Source: Eledone cirrhosa (Eukaryota). From it: a stretch of DNA of 64,000 nucleotides. Positions 35,600 to 49,374 of this stretch are shown here, piece by piece. A program made the translations under genes and the position numbers. The notes under the pieces were generated by a model that was given only the letters and a program-made list of their open reading frames with translations, was not told the origin of the DNA and searched no databases. The stretch is from positions 293,756,001-293,820,000 of the forward strand of contig OZ024740.1 of NCBI GenBank assembly GCA_964016885.1, in the 5' to 3' direction. The first letter of the stretch is position 1; every line of letters begins with the position of its first letter.

Positions 35600-37325
35600 C
35601 AGCTGTCATTCTTCATACACATCACATGACCATACCAACTCAATCTCCTCTTTAGCAATCTCCTGTTAACTGCATCTGATCCTTCTTATACCTAATTTCT
35701 CACTTAGTTCGTTTATGCTTTGCTGTTTGTGTATATTACTATTACACATCCATTAGAGCATGCATGCTTCGTTCCTTTCCAATCTGTGTAGATCCTCTGC
35801 ACACAATGCCCAGGTCTCATTACCATGTAACATTGCTGTTTGTATACAAGCATCATACAATCTACCTTTCATTTTTAGAGAGAAACCTTTTGTGGCTAAC
35901 AGCGGTATTAGCTCTCTGAACTTTTTCCATCCCATTCTTACTATGGCTACTGTACTTTCAGAACACCTTCCTCCACTGCTGATTTTGTCACCCAGGTAAC
36001 GGAAAGTGTCTACTATTTCTATAGAACTATCTTGCAGTTGAAGGAGCTAGTATCCAGTGGGCACTTGCTACTTACTGTATATGAGCATCACCCACATAAA
36101 ACCTTCATTCAAACCTTCATAGTGATCCCACTACATCCTTTTTATGTACCCATAGCTTGCATTTGGGACATAGAATGGAATTTATACCTGCTCCTTTCCT
36201 ACACACTGAGCAAGGCCATTTCCCAGAGGGAGCCTGTGCTCTATATTCATTGTTAATTCTAACCTTGTTGACTGTTCCTCTATACATGGGTTGTATACAT
36301 TTCACAAGCCACTCATCTACATCTAATTTTCTAAGAGCCCACCAGATAATGGAATGGGGGAATTCTGTCAAAGGCTTTCTCCAAGTCAACAAAAGCTAAG
36401 TAGAGGGGTTTACTTTTATCTAGGTACTTCTCCTGTAGTTACCATACAAGTATCTGTGGTACTTTTACCTGGCACAAACCCAAACTACATTTCATCTAGA
36501 TCAATTTGGTCCCTAATCAACTGTGCGATAACTCTTTCTATGACCTTCATGACCTGGTCAACGAACTTAATGCCTCTATAGTTTTCCCTATCTAGAGCAT
36601 CTCCTTTGCCCTTGTAGCAGTTAACGATGATACTGCTATGCCAGTCATTTGGTATGACCCCATTCTGTATTACTTGGTTTACTATCCGGGTGACAATAGT
36701 ATGTCCTATCATTCCAGATGCTTTCAAAATCTCAGCAACTATCTCCAAAGGCCCAGCTACCTTGCCTGTCTTCATATCTTTGATTGCTTTACTTACTATA
36801 CTACCACTAACTTGCACAGCTGGTCCCTCTGTTGGATCAGCTTGGGGAAAACTATCTTCATTCCATTCATTCTCCTCATTTAGTAGTCTCTCGTAGTGGC
36901 ACTTCCAAGCTACCATCTTATCAGTATCAGTGAGGGCAAGTCCACCATCATCATTATGGACACATTTCTCCCCCAAAATATCACAATTTTCCTTGACACA
37001 TTGCCTCACAATCCTGAACAACTCACGTTTTTGGTCCTCGTGTTGTAGAACATGCTTGAACTTTCTATCCTCTGCTTCGCTTCTTGCAAAGTACACTTGT
37101 CACCTAGCTCCTCTCTGGCCACCTGATAGCATTCTTTACTTCCCCCAATCCTGCCATTCTTTCCATGCCTGCCTTTTGGCCTTAATTTTCTCCTCCACCC
37201 TACTGTTCCACCACCAAGTTAATCTGCTCCTCCCTAAAGGTCTGCTCCAGCTACAGATTTCATCTGTTCAGCAGGTTAACTTTCAGGAATTCCCACCGTT
37301 CCTCTATATTGTATCATTCTAACTT
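35600..37325 (-). mobile_element. PHD-RTE family LINE fragment (linker plus RT), decayed
   Basis: ORFs 36485-37096, 36117-36392 and 35753-35935 match 56050-58030. Confidence 0.85.
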
Positions 37326-37333
37326 CCCTTTCT

Positions 37334-37803
37334 TATCATCATCATCATCATCATCATCATCGTTTAACGTCCATATTCAAACGCTTGCATGGGTTTGGAC
37401 GGGAGTTTTCCCACTTGAGGCAAGAGTGGTTGTCTTGCTCGCATAGGACTGTCTGGCAGGTTTTCTACAGTTGGATGCCCTTCCTAACACCAACCACATT
37501 TACAGTGTGGGTCTGGGAGGTTTTTACCGTGTTGCCTACACGGCCACATTACAGCGTGGACTGTGTGTTTTTTTGTCGTGACACCTACACGATCTCATTT
37601 GTTTCGGCCTGGATGGCGCGGCACCAACATAACTTTACATAGAACGGGGGTGGTGTGGATGGGGTGGGGGTGGTGGTGGTGGGACGGGGTGTATTTTGTT
37701 AGAGATGCCTACTGGCAAGGTGGGTCTTCTCTATTACTGAGTACCGCCAAAGGTCTCGGTCCAGTGACATTGTCTTGGTGAGGTGTAAGTGTGTGAGGTC
37801 GGA
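37334..37803 (-). mobile_element. PHD-RTE family 3' end (long 3' UTR plus tail)
   Basis: Near-identical to 7447-7935, with a short deletion. Confidence 0.85.
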
Positions 37804-37834
37804 ATATATATATATATATTTATATGTATGTAAA

Positions 37835-39060
37835 ATCAGTACAGTTTATGGAAGGGATATATTAGGTTAACGCTTGATATAACAAGAAGAGGGTCTTAAC
37901 GTGTCGGACGCTAGTCCTTCATCAGAAGAAAGAATGAGAAATAAGATAGATTGAGAGGATGGAAATGGAAAAAATGTCTTTAGATAAAAATAACAGGTCC
38001 ATTTATATATATATATATATCATCATCATCATTTAACATCCATCTTCCACGCTAGCATGGGTTAGACGACTTTGCTGCATTTGATGGGAGAATGGTCGGG
38101 AGACCATATCTCGGTCGCACGGAAGCGCCTCTGGCAGGTTTTTTTACAGCTGGATGCTCTTCCTAACACCAACCACATTTACAGTTTGGACTGGGAGCCT
38201 TTTCACCGTGTCTCCTACATGGCCACCTTACAGTGGGGACTGTTGTGTCATCGACACAGTGGATGGAACGGGAGAGGGAGGATAGAGTAGGGTGTGAGGG
38301 TGGGGTGTACATTGGGTTAAGAGGTGCCTACTGACTATAGGTTTGTATGCAATGGCAGTTGGGTCTTCTGTACAACTGCATGGCACCAAAGGTTTCGATC
38401 CAGTGTCATTGTCTTAGAGAGTTGTAGGTGAGCAAAGTAGTTTTTCTTGGTCTTCCCACTCCATAGCTTCCATCAATTTTCATTGCCCTGCACTTTTTTA
38501 TACAGCCGTCATCCTTCATATGCATCACATGTCCATACCAACGCAATCTCCTCTCCAGAACACATTTGATACGTCTCATGCTTAGTATCCCTCTTAATTC
38601 ATTTATGCTTCGCCTTTCGCGCACATTACTATTACATGCCATTGGAGCATGCAAGCTTCATTTCTTCCTAATCTAGGCAGGTCTTCAGCACACAATGTCC
38701 AAGTCTCACTACCATGTAATATCACCATTCGTATGCATCATACAATCTGTTTTTCATTTTTAGAGAAAAACCCCTTGTGGCCATTTTTAGAGAAAAACCC
38801 CTTGTATTAGCTCTATGAACTTTTATATATATATATATATATATAAGAGAAGTTAGGGAGTTTTCCAAGAGATGTCAACATGAATGGACCTGTTATTTTT
38901 ACCTAAAGACACTTTTTCCAATTCCACTCTGCCCGTCCCTTCAATCTATCTTATTTCTCATTCTTTCTTCTGATGAAGGACTGGTGTCCAAAACGTTAAG
39001 ACCCTCTTCCTGCTATTTCAAGTGTCAACCAAATATATTCCTTCCATATACCGTACCGAT
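37835..39060. mobile_element. Diverged ~170-bp inverted repeats with decayed hammerhead motifs, enclosing an RTE 3' fragment (38020-38822, minus)
   Basis: 37838-38004 versus 38881-39057. Motif tctt-CTGATGA-a-ggac..gtcc-(GACA or AAAA)-cgtt-aaga at 37894-37929 (-) and 38966-39001 (+). Confidence 0.65.
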
Positions 39061-39090
39061 TGTGTTGTTATTTCTGTTTACCTTTTACAC

Positions 39091-39121
<31 letters not shown>

Positions 39122-39447
39122 ATGAAGTGAAGTGTTATATTATATATACACAATAGGAATTTAGCTCAATACCATGCTAAATGCATTGAAGCGTTTACAA
39201 TTATTTCAACCTTTATTGCCCATAGAACTGCTTGGTGATAACAAGAGCAAAAAATACTTGTATCAGAGGAAACACATAAATGATACATTCACAGTGCAAC
39301 CTACCCATGGATTTTTCCTGTGCACCTGTCTCACATGAAGTTTACCATCTCTGTCTGTCTACATGTGATCTCGCTACATTACTTGTGTTTCTACTTACTC
39401 TTTCACAGCATATTAAACAAGGCCATTTACTTGATGGTTTCAGAGTT

Positions 39448-40210
39448 CTATCCTATTTCATCATTGTTACATCTGTTTTTCCACACTTGCATATAGGTTG
39501 GATGGGTCTTTTTCAGCACAGCATCACTCCACTCATCACATTCTGTCCTTATCTCTTCTGTGAGTCTCAGCAATTTGAGATCAGCTTTTACCACCTCCAC
39601 CCAGGTCTTCCTTACTCTACCTGATCTGTAGCTTCCTTCTGCTGGGATTTCCTGGCACTTTTTCACCCAGTGATCATCATCCATGCACATTATATGCTTA
39701 TTCCAACACAGTTTTCTCTCTTGTACACCACCTCTGATTCCTCTTAGACCCAGTTCGTTGAAGCTCTGCCTTTCTCTCACATTTACATTGCACATCCAAC
39801 AAAGCATGGTTGTTTCATTTCTCTCCAGCCTACACAGTCACTGACCATGTTTCATGTAGCATTGCACCTCACACACTGCTATCCTTTTGTATGTAGGGAG
39901 AAACATTTTTGTCAACAGTGAGTGTCTCTCTAAACTTATTTAGGTTTACTTTGAGCCCCTTTGAATTCAGATTTTATTTCTACATTTTCTGCTATGAGGG
40001 CTAGATATCAGCATACCAGTGTTCCAATGGATATCCAGTCATGGAGTCCTCTCTTATGACATTGAGGACTATAATGAACAGGATAGAGCTGAGAACAGAT
40101 ACTTGGTGGACTCCTTCTAGCATACTAAATTAATTGCTGTACTCATTGTTAACTCTCACTTTGCTAACTGCACCCATGTACAGGGCTTATACAGCTCTCA
40201 AAGGCCATTC
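39448..40210 (-). mobile_element. Old RTE fragment
   Basis: MLCWMCNVNVRERQS...GRVRKTW; short 3' tail. Confidence 0.7.
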
Positions 40211-40899
40211 AAACTTCATTTGTGAAAGGGAACAATACAAACGTATACTGACATATTTGATTTTTGCAGTCCATTTAATGAAATACAGAAACATTTATTC
40301 TCTATAAATGGTGGCCCTGTGATTAAGTACTGATGGAATTCAATCCATATCCCAATATGATGATTGACATTGTTAAGGAAACACATTATTGTAATAGCTC
40401 AGCATAGAACTTCTGATGAAATTTGAATCATTATTGTCTTTCAATTAAAACAGTTTTGTCTATCAATAGTCTCAACTCTAGGATGACATTGTGGAGTAAA
40501 TCCCTAATATTAAAAAGGTGGTTTTACAGTTGCAATTTAATTTAATACTTAGGTTGGGTAAATATATTTACTGTCATAAGAGATAGTATAAGTACACCTA
40601 TATGTTATAAATTCATATTTAATTTGTTTGATTAATGAAAATCATGTAAATAGAGGGAAATTATACATACTATTTTATTGACAATATATTTTATTTATAA
40701 AGAAACAATAGGAAATGTTAGATAAAGGATATGTTGATTTCAGAAAATATCTATCAACACATGTGAAAAGAAGCAACTATAATTTAGTATTAATATTGAG
40801 GAAAGCAATATTCTTTTTATGATCAAACTACTACATTGAACAGTGAATATCTTATTGAATATTGGAAGGTTGCGTGAATTGCGTGTAGGTATACATGCA

Positions 40900-42628
40900 C
40901 ATTTCAACATAAACAGTGTGTAGATAAGACATACACATTTTAACATAAATATTGTTTAGATATCACATATACATTTTAACATGAATACTGTGTAGATGAG
41001 TCATATACACATTTTAACATGAACCCTGTATAGATGAAGCATACACATTTCAACATAAACAGTGTGTAGATAAGACACACACATCTCAACATAAACAGTG
41101 TGTAGATAAGACATACACATCTCAACATAGACAGTATGTAGATAAGACATACACATTTCAACATGGACAGTGTGTAGATAAGACACACACATCTCAACAT
41201 AAACAGTGTGTAGATAAGACACACACATCTCAACATTAACAGTGTGTAGATAAGACACACACATCTCAACATAAACAGTATGTAGATAAGACATACACAT
41301 TTCAACATAAACAGTGTGTAGAGAAGACACACACATCTCAACATAAACAGTGTGTAGATAAGACACACACATCTCAACATAAACAGTGTGTAGATAAGAC
41401 ATACACATCTCAACATAAACAGTGTGTAGATAAGACATACACATTTCAACATGGACAGTGTGTAGATAAGACATACACATCTCAACATAAACAGTGTGTA
41501 GATAAGACATACACATTTCAACATGGACAGTGTGTAGATAAGACATACAAATCTCAACATAAACAGTGTGTAGATAAGACATACACATCTCAACATAAAC
41601 AGTGTGTAGATAAGACATACACATCTCAACATAAACAGTGTGTAGATAAGACATACACATCCCAACATAAACAGTGTATAGATAAGACATACACATCTCA
41701 ACATAAACAGTGTGTAGATAAGACATACACATCTCAACATAAACAGTGTGTAGATAAGACACACACATCTCAACATAAACAGTGTGTAGATAAGACATAC
41801 ACATTTCAACATAAACAGTGTGTAGAGAAGACACACACATCTCAACATAAACAGTGTGTAGATAAGACACACACATCTCAACATAAACAGTGTGTAGATA
41901 AGACATACACATCTCAACATAAACAGTGTGTAGATAAGACACACACATCTCAACATAAACAGTGTGTAGATAAGACATACACATCTCAACATAAACAGTG
42001 TGTAGATAAGACATACACATCTCAACATAAACAGTGTGTAGATAAGACACACACATCTCAACATAAACAGTGTGTAGATAAGACATACACATCTCAACAT
42101 AAACAGTGTGTAGATAAGACATACACATCTCAACATAAACAGTGTGTAGATAAGACACACACATCTCAACATAAACAGTGTGTAGATAAGACATACACAT
42201 CTCAATATAAACAGTGTGTAGATAAGACACACACATCTCAATATAAACAGTGTGTAGATAAGACATACACATTTCAACATGGACAGTGTGTAGATAAGAC
42301 ATACACATCTCAACATAGACAATGTGTAGATAAGACATACACATCTCAACATAAACAGTGTGTAGATAAGACATACACATTTCAACATAAACAGTGTGTA
42401 GATAAGACATACACATCTCAACATAAACAGTGTGTAGATATGACATACACATTTCAACATGGACAGTGTGTAGATATGACATACATATCTCAACATAAAC
42501 AGTGTGTAGATATGACATACATATCTCAACATAAACAGTGTGTAGATAAGACACACACATCTCAACATAAACAGTGTGTAGATAAGACATACACATCTCA
42601 ATATAAACAGTGTGTAGATAAGACATAC
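40900..42628. repeat. 36-bp minisatellite, about 48 copies
   Basis: Unit acatctcaacataaacagtgtgtagataagacatac; produces 12-aa repeat ORFs on the minus strand. Confidence 0.95.
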
Positions 42629-42761
42629 AGCAATCTTCCATATATTAATTATTAATTTTATGACAATCTCCAAATAATATTAAAAAAGGGGAAATATTAG
42701 TTCATTAAAATAGCATTTCAACCCATCCCTGTGTTGAACCACCATAGTATAATGATAACAA

Positions 42762-42919
42762 TTATCTATAAGATAGTTTGACAGAAACAGGATTCAAAGG
42801 TTTCAGTACCACCTCTGAGGATGGAGAAAGATCTTCTCTCTGTTGTGTTGTTTCAAGGTTAAATTTTCGGAGAATTTGTGATAAGACAATTTTCTCTTCT
42901 AACATGGCAAACTTTTGTC
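42762..42919 (-). CDS. CYP4: Cytochrome P450 family 4 (CYP4V-like), last coding exon
   Basis: tttcag acceptor; (G)QKFAMLEEKIVLSQILRKFNLETTQQREDLSPSSEVVLKPLNPVSVKLSYR-TAA; phase matches the heme exon. Confidence 0.92.
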
Positions 42920-43814
42920 CTGAAATTATAAAAAAATATGTTGAAGGTTAATTTCATTTCAATGTAACAGAAAATTTTCAAAATATTTAGTCAATAGTAT
43001 CGTCTATTAGTTATTTTATATTTACAGTACAACGTATTACATTTCCTAAAAATATTTATATCATTGAAATGTTGAAACAATTTCTGAACATAGATCATAT
43101 AATATTCTGAAAGGTTGAAAGGATTCTTCAGTTGTATCAAACATATGACACATTCCTTAGTGATGTGATTTACATGATAAATGCACTCAGTACACTTTGT
43201 AAAGTGATATGAAGGGTATCCAACCATCAAAAGCATGCCAAATTGTCAGCTGGCACTTTAGTGCAATGGTTAGCACAGCAAAATGGTATATTACAGCTGT
43301 GAATTCAAATCCACAGATGGCGCTGTACTCATTTTTTCCTTCTCCAATGTTTATATACCCAATTTTTTAGTTTATTTTTCATAGTAAAAAAAACGTTGAC
43401 ATTTCTAAATTTCCTATCACTCAACGGTTCTAAAACTAGATTGTTTACACTCCATGGAAAAATTTGTCAGCTGGTGCTTTAGTGTAAAGGTTAGCACAGT
43501 GGGACAATATGTTACAGGCATGGGTTCGAATTCCATGGATAAAATCTTTTCTGTCTCCAGTATTTATATGCATAGTAAAAAAACGTTGGTGCTTTTAAAA
43601 CGTGCACAAAAAGATATGTCTTCAAATCATCTTATATATATATATGTGTGTGTCTTTTAATGGTATCTTATAAACTCATATGGGCACCTGAAAAAAGTTA
43701 CTAAATCTTGCATTCTGAAGGTATGGTCAAATTTGGGCCTTAAAACGTTGGGTAGTACCTTTGTTCCATGTATGAACATAAATATATATATATGTATGTG
43801 TGTGTGTGTGTGTG

Positions 43815-44070
43815 TAGGCACGTGGCTGAGAGGTTAGAGAATTGGATTGGCAATTGTGAGGTTGAGATTTCAATTCTTGGGCCGGGTGATGTGTTATGTC
43901 CTTGAGCAAGACACTTTACTTCACATTGCTCCTTCTGCCTGGATTTGCGACCGACAGATAGTATTAGCAATTGGAAAGACCAATGGAAATATTGCTTCCT
44001 CGGTCCAATTTGACGAGCTCGACCCCACTTGTTAAGCAAATGAGGTATGGGATCTTATTGATCGACTGTC
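43815..44070 (+). mobile_element. CORE-like tRNA SINE (intronic)
   Basis: ggcacgtggctgagaggtta A-box-like head; gtccttgagcaagacactt. Confidence 0.6.
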
Positions 44071-44414
44071 GATATATATATATAAAATGTATTGAAGACA
44101 TGTGGGGTTTTTTTTTGTTTTAGACATATTTGAACAAGTAATATATGAAGTAAAAAATAGAACGATAAGAAATTCACATACGCTTCATTATTGAGGTATG
44201 TCTATATATTAATTTGATTATTACTAATAGTAAATTCAAGGGATTTACCATTTACACTCAATGTCACATTATTCCTGCATCATCAGAGACATGAGAAAAT
44301 ATACAAAAATGTTGGTGTTGGCAATCTCTTGGAAAATACATCCTAACATTACAATATCATCATAGTTATATATATACACACAGATATATATTTAAAAAAA
44401 AAGAGAAAATATAC

Positions 44415-44594
44415 CTATACAATTACGGGGTCCTGCTGAGAATGGTATGAAGGCATATGGATGTCTGTTAGAATTATCTTCATTAAGAAATCGATCAGGA
44501 TCAAAGGCTTCTGGGTCAGGAAAATTTTGGGGATCTTTATGTAAAGCAGAAATTACTATTCCTATCTGTGTACCTTTCTTTATTTCATAAGGAC
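44415..44594 (-). CDS. CYP4: CYP4 exon (180 nt): PxRF and heme-binding loop
   Basis: GPYEIKKGTQIGIVISALHKDPQNFPDPEAFDPDRFLNEDNSNRHPYAFIPFSAGPRNCIG; AG/GT boundaries. Confidence 0.95.
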
Positions 44595-45847
44595 CTGTAA
44601 AAGAATACCAGAATTTCAAATATTGGTCATTCACAAAGAAAAACAGGGAATATCTCTAGCTATTTTGTTTATTACTCAGCAATGGATTTGAGTAAACATA
44701 TTTAATCCTCCATCAGACTGCACCCCCCCCCCCCACACACACACACAGAAAGAAAGGGTGATTTATATCAGAAACATTCATACAAATCAGGGCTACCAAA
44801 GCTGAGTTTTTCCCCCCTCTGATCTGGAATTTGTTCCTATATTTTGAAACTTGACTACAATCTGGATGTCTTTGTTCATACCACAAATGTGCAAAACCTT
44901 GAAAATAACTCATCCAAATATAAATTTATAGGGGGAATACTGAACAATCAATTTGAATAGAGTCTTGGCCAAGGGTAATTTTAATAATTAAAACTGAAAG
45001 GATTTGAGGGAAAATAACTAAAAATGACCAATAGTCTGACTTCGGTCAATTCAATTAAGGGAGAGTATATATGATAAATTCTTGATTTATTGAAACTATA
45101 CAATCAGAGAAGGGAAACAAAATTAGCAGTTATTGTAAGCAGCAGTGAAGAAGTAGTGGTAATATCATTCTATCTCTCTGATTCAAGCCAGAACTCAGAA
45201 TTGTTGGAACCTTATAGACCTTGGACCTATTGCTGGGCCTTCTTAATTCTTAAAAGAATGTAAAAGCAGATAATATTTTCATAAAAGTGATAGAAGTGGC
45301 TCTGGTATACTAAATTTATACTATGATGTTTTCATAATCTCAGTTTTTCTTTATATGTGTCATAGACACATATATTACAAACTAATTAGAGAGCCTCTGT
45401 TCAGTTGCTCTATCTGGCTAGAATATCTTCCAGCTTGTCATCATAATATACACAACTGTCTTAAAGTGGAAAAGATACATTTGATATAATGACAGAAAAA
45501 TAAAGACACAATGTTGTTGGTCCCAAGTCTAGTTGATCAATACTGTCTTGGGGTCTAAACAACCACAGCAGCAATGTATATATGATAAAAGTTCATACTT
45601 AAGTTGTTCTTGTTTAGCTACCATGACCAAACAAATCTATTTTAGTCTTGAACATTTCATTTCTTTTGTGTATATTTAAGACAATATTGTTCAATGTCTT
45701 AATATTGTTTCTATTTTAAAGACAGTGGGATGTTATATAAGGTATACTTAGCTGCTATATCTAGCATGTCAAATGATCTTATATAAGATCTTCCATCTAT
45801 TTAATTCATTGTACTTATCTGTTTGTAGTTATTAGTTATACACTCAC

Positions 45848-45914
45848 CCATTTTGAAATCCTCAGCAGCTACTCGTCCAATCATAGCTACAGATGGATAA
45901 AAACGCTGAACCTC
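45848..45914 (-). CDS. CYP4: CYP4 exon (67 nt): K-helix ExxR
   Basis: tttcag|EVQRFYPSVAMIGRVAAEDFKM-G|gtgagt. Confidence 0.9.
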
Positions 45915-46224
45915 CTGAAAATAGAACATTTGATTGATTACTATTCTCACCATAATATTGATATTGAATTATTTTAGTTTTTCAATTGACTTATAAAGAT
46001 TTTGTTTAAAGAATTTTAATAATACTTATTGAATAAAATCAAAGGAAATTTAAAAAATAACCACCATCATCATCATTAGTAGAGGTTTTCCTCTTCTTTC
46101 AGATTGTTTCCATTTCTTGCCAAGTGATTTCCCTGACACCTAGGGCAGAGTAACTCACTGCATACATTGATAAGCCACAAAATAAGCACACCAGATTGTT
46201 TACACCATACACTTTACACATAGT

Positions 46225-46530
46225 CATCATCATCACCATCACTATTTTTATGTACATTTTTCCATGCTTGCATGGATTGGATGGGTTCATCTCAGCACAG
46301 CATCTCTCCACACACCGCGTTCCTTCGCCATCTCCTTTGTGAGTCTCAGAAATATGAGGTCAACTCTCACAACCACTGCCCAGGATTTTCTTGGTCTACC
46401 TCTACTGCAGCTTCCCTACACTGGGATTTCCTGGCACTTCTTCACCAAACAATCATCATCCACATCTCATCTCCATATCAACACATTCTTCTCTCTTGCA
46501 CACCACTTCAGATTCCTCTTAAACCCAGTT
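46225..46530 (-). mobile_element. Old RTE 3' fragment
   Basis: ccatgcaagcatggaaa terminal motif with (GAT)n, and the GRP region. Confidence 0.6.
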
Positions 46531-46774
46531 TCTCGTTCAGATCATCTCCACCAGTGACAGCTGTTGCAATTTATTTGTACCCTCAGCTGGGCTTTTTAGT
46601 TTTAGGATGGTTAAAATTTTTGAATTTAATACCTGTATGTATAACTTTTCAATTCCAATTAATTGCGCCAAGCTAACTTTGATATGTAAAATGAGAGGGA
46701 GGGTCGCTGAGTATTCTAAATGTTTGTGTATGAGCCCCCCCAGGGTCTAAAACTAACCCTGATTATGCTGTCAG

Positions 46775-49075
46775 AGCACCTTCCTCTGCTGCTAATTAAG
46801 TCACCTAGATAGCAGAAGCTATAAACCACTTCTATAGATCCTTCCTGTGATTGAAAAGGGTTTATATCCTTGATGCACTTCCCTTCAATTACTCCTAGGC
46901 ATCCTTAACATACAAAGTGTTCCCTTCCTATTAGTCTACCTGCTATCCCACTACATCTTTTGTGTTCCAAGGATTTACATTTGTATACATCATATAGAGC
47001 TTATGCCTACTCTTTTTCTATATATTGAGCAGGGCCATTTCCCTGAAGGATTCAGGCTCCTATCTCCTTTCCTACTTACAAGCACTTTAGTTTTGGATAA
47101 GTTTACCCTCAGACATTTAGATTCCAAATTCCATAGATGGAACTTATTCTCTAGTTCCTTTATGGATTTAGTTATAAGGACCAGGTCATCCAAGTAAAGA
47201 AGCCCCCATGGACAGCCAGTTTTAAACTCCTCTGTTATGGCCTGGAGAAATATGATGAATAGCAATGGGCTAACAACTGAATCCTGATGAACTCCTATCC
47301 GAACCTTGAATTCCTCACTAAACTCACATCCTATTCTCCCTCTGTACATAACTTACACTTCTCTCACAACCCATTCTTCTACACCTATTTCTTTAAGGAC
47401 CACCAGAAAATAGATTGAGGTACTCTGTCAAAGGCATTTCTACATCAACAAAAGGTAACTATAGTAACTTATTCTTGGTTAGAAACTTCTCTTGTAGTTG
47501 TCTCACTAATAAGAGGGCATCAATAGGCATGAAACTAAACTGCATCTCATCTAATCTGACTCTTTCCCTAATTAGTTGTGCTATAACTCTTCCCATCACT
47601 TTCATAACTTGGTCTATTAGTTTTATTCCTCTGTATTTGCTCCTTTCTAGAGCATCACCTTCACTCTTGTAGCAGTTTATAATTGTACTGCTGCACCAGT
47701 CATTGGGTTTGATGCCGTCCTGTATTACCTGATTGATTATACTAGTTCAACTCCTACTTCTCCCAATGCTACTATCTCTGACAGTCCTGTATATTTACCT
47801 TTCTTCACCTCCTTAATTGCTTCTTTGATCCTGTAGCTCTTAACTTCAATAGTTGCTTCTTCTGTTAGGAAAGTTGGAGTAATCTTTCCTCCTCCCATTA
47901 ATTCTCTGTATTCATCAGTCTCTCATATCAACATTTCCAGGCCTCTGTTCTTCAGGTATCAGTGGTGCTAAGTACACTGGAGTCATTTCTAACACACTTT
48001 TCCCCAACTACATCCTGATTCCCACTGACATGCCTTGTGATTCTGAGCATGTACCATCTCTAGTTCCCCCGTCATAAGACATTGGCAAACCTTCTGTTTT
48101 CAGCCTCTCTCTGAGTTGTATATACCTGTTGTCTAGCTTCTCTCTTAGCTATCTGGGACTGGTCTCTGCTACTGCTATTTCTCCAGTCTTTTCACACCTG
48201 TCTCTTGGCTTAAATGGCTCTATCCACTGTGCTGTTCCACCACCTGGTTACCCTGTGTCTAGCTGGTGCTTTGCTCTAATCACATGTCTCATCAGAAGTT
48301 CACAAAATGTTGTCATGCAAGAATTTCTAATTGTCCTCTCTATTATATGTATCTAGCTCATCACCCCTCTCATCAAATGCATCCCATAAGGACCTTTCTA
48401 AACCTATCTGTAACTGAAAGGTCCTTTAGCTTCCAAACCCCTGTCACCATGTTTTCCTGTGTTTCGTGTTCTGACTTGTATTTAGTCTGATGTCACTAAT
48501 AACTAGCTTGTGTTTGGCATCATATTCTTCCTCAGGTAAGGCCTTAGAATTTATTACAGTCCATTACAAGCAAGAAATCAATATGGCTTGTGTATTACCC
48601 TGATTGCTATATGATTGGATGGCTAGCCAGTTTCTGGAAATTTGTGTTGCAGATGGTTAGTTCATTTGCCTCACAGAATTCCAGGTGCCTCATTCTTTCT
48701 TCATGTCTTGAGTCATAGCCATAGCCACCATGATCTTTACAGAAAATGTCCTGATACTGCCCCACATGTCCATTGAAGTCAGCTGCCATGATGATGAAGT
48801 TTGTTTCATCAATAGTTGAGGTTGTCAGTAAAAGTTCCTCATAGAACCTGCCCTTTGTTCTTTACTATGCCTGTGGTGCATAAGTAGATGTAATTATTAC
48901 TATTCTATTTCCTTCAGCTATTCTAAGTTTGATAATTCTGTCACTTACTCTAACTACTTCTAACACCTTATCGATCCATTTCTCAGCAAGAAGAATGCCT
49001 ACACCACCTACCCCATTGTTATTTCCTACCCAGCAGATTGTATCTCCATGCTGTTTGCCTGTGAGTAGAGCCGCT
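46775..49075 (-). mobile_element. Decayed PHD-RTE family LINE (APE through RT)
   Basis: ADFNGHVG, HLEFCEAN, GVHQDSVVSPLLF, LLYLDDL, GKWPCS. Confidence 0.8.
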
Positions 49076-49374
49076 GAGTTACAAGTATATCATTTGTTTA
49101 TACATGTGCACATTATCTGTTTAAAATCATATTTACAACAGAATGATAATCAATAATATAAGAATGCTCAATTATTTATAATTTTCATAATTATGGCATA
49201 TAATCAAACAACATTATGTAAAAAAATTACATAGATTATTATCTTTCTCACTAAGCCAGGGGTCATTCTAAAACAATTTTTTGTTGCTTTTCTGATTATT
49301 CCTAGTGCTCCTGCAAATACGTAACCACCTAGGATGCCATATTTTTAAATTTAACATAGTTCTCAAACCCATGA

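Noticed and set aside
40900-42628. CRISPR-like 36-bp repeats
   Set aside because: Units are head-to-tail with no unique spacers; eukaryotic context and no cas genes.
40976-42673. 565-aa and 546-aa repetitive ORFs
   Set aside because: They result from a 36-bp unit lacking stops in two frames; no unique domain and no splice link to CYP4.
43245-43600. Two tandem tRNA-like segments
   Set aside because: A/B-box-like remnants without a cloverleaf; likely a duplicated decayed SINE head, not tRNA genes.
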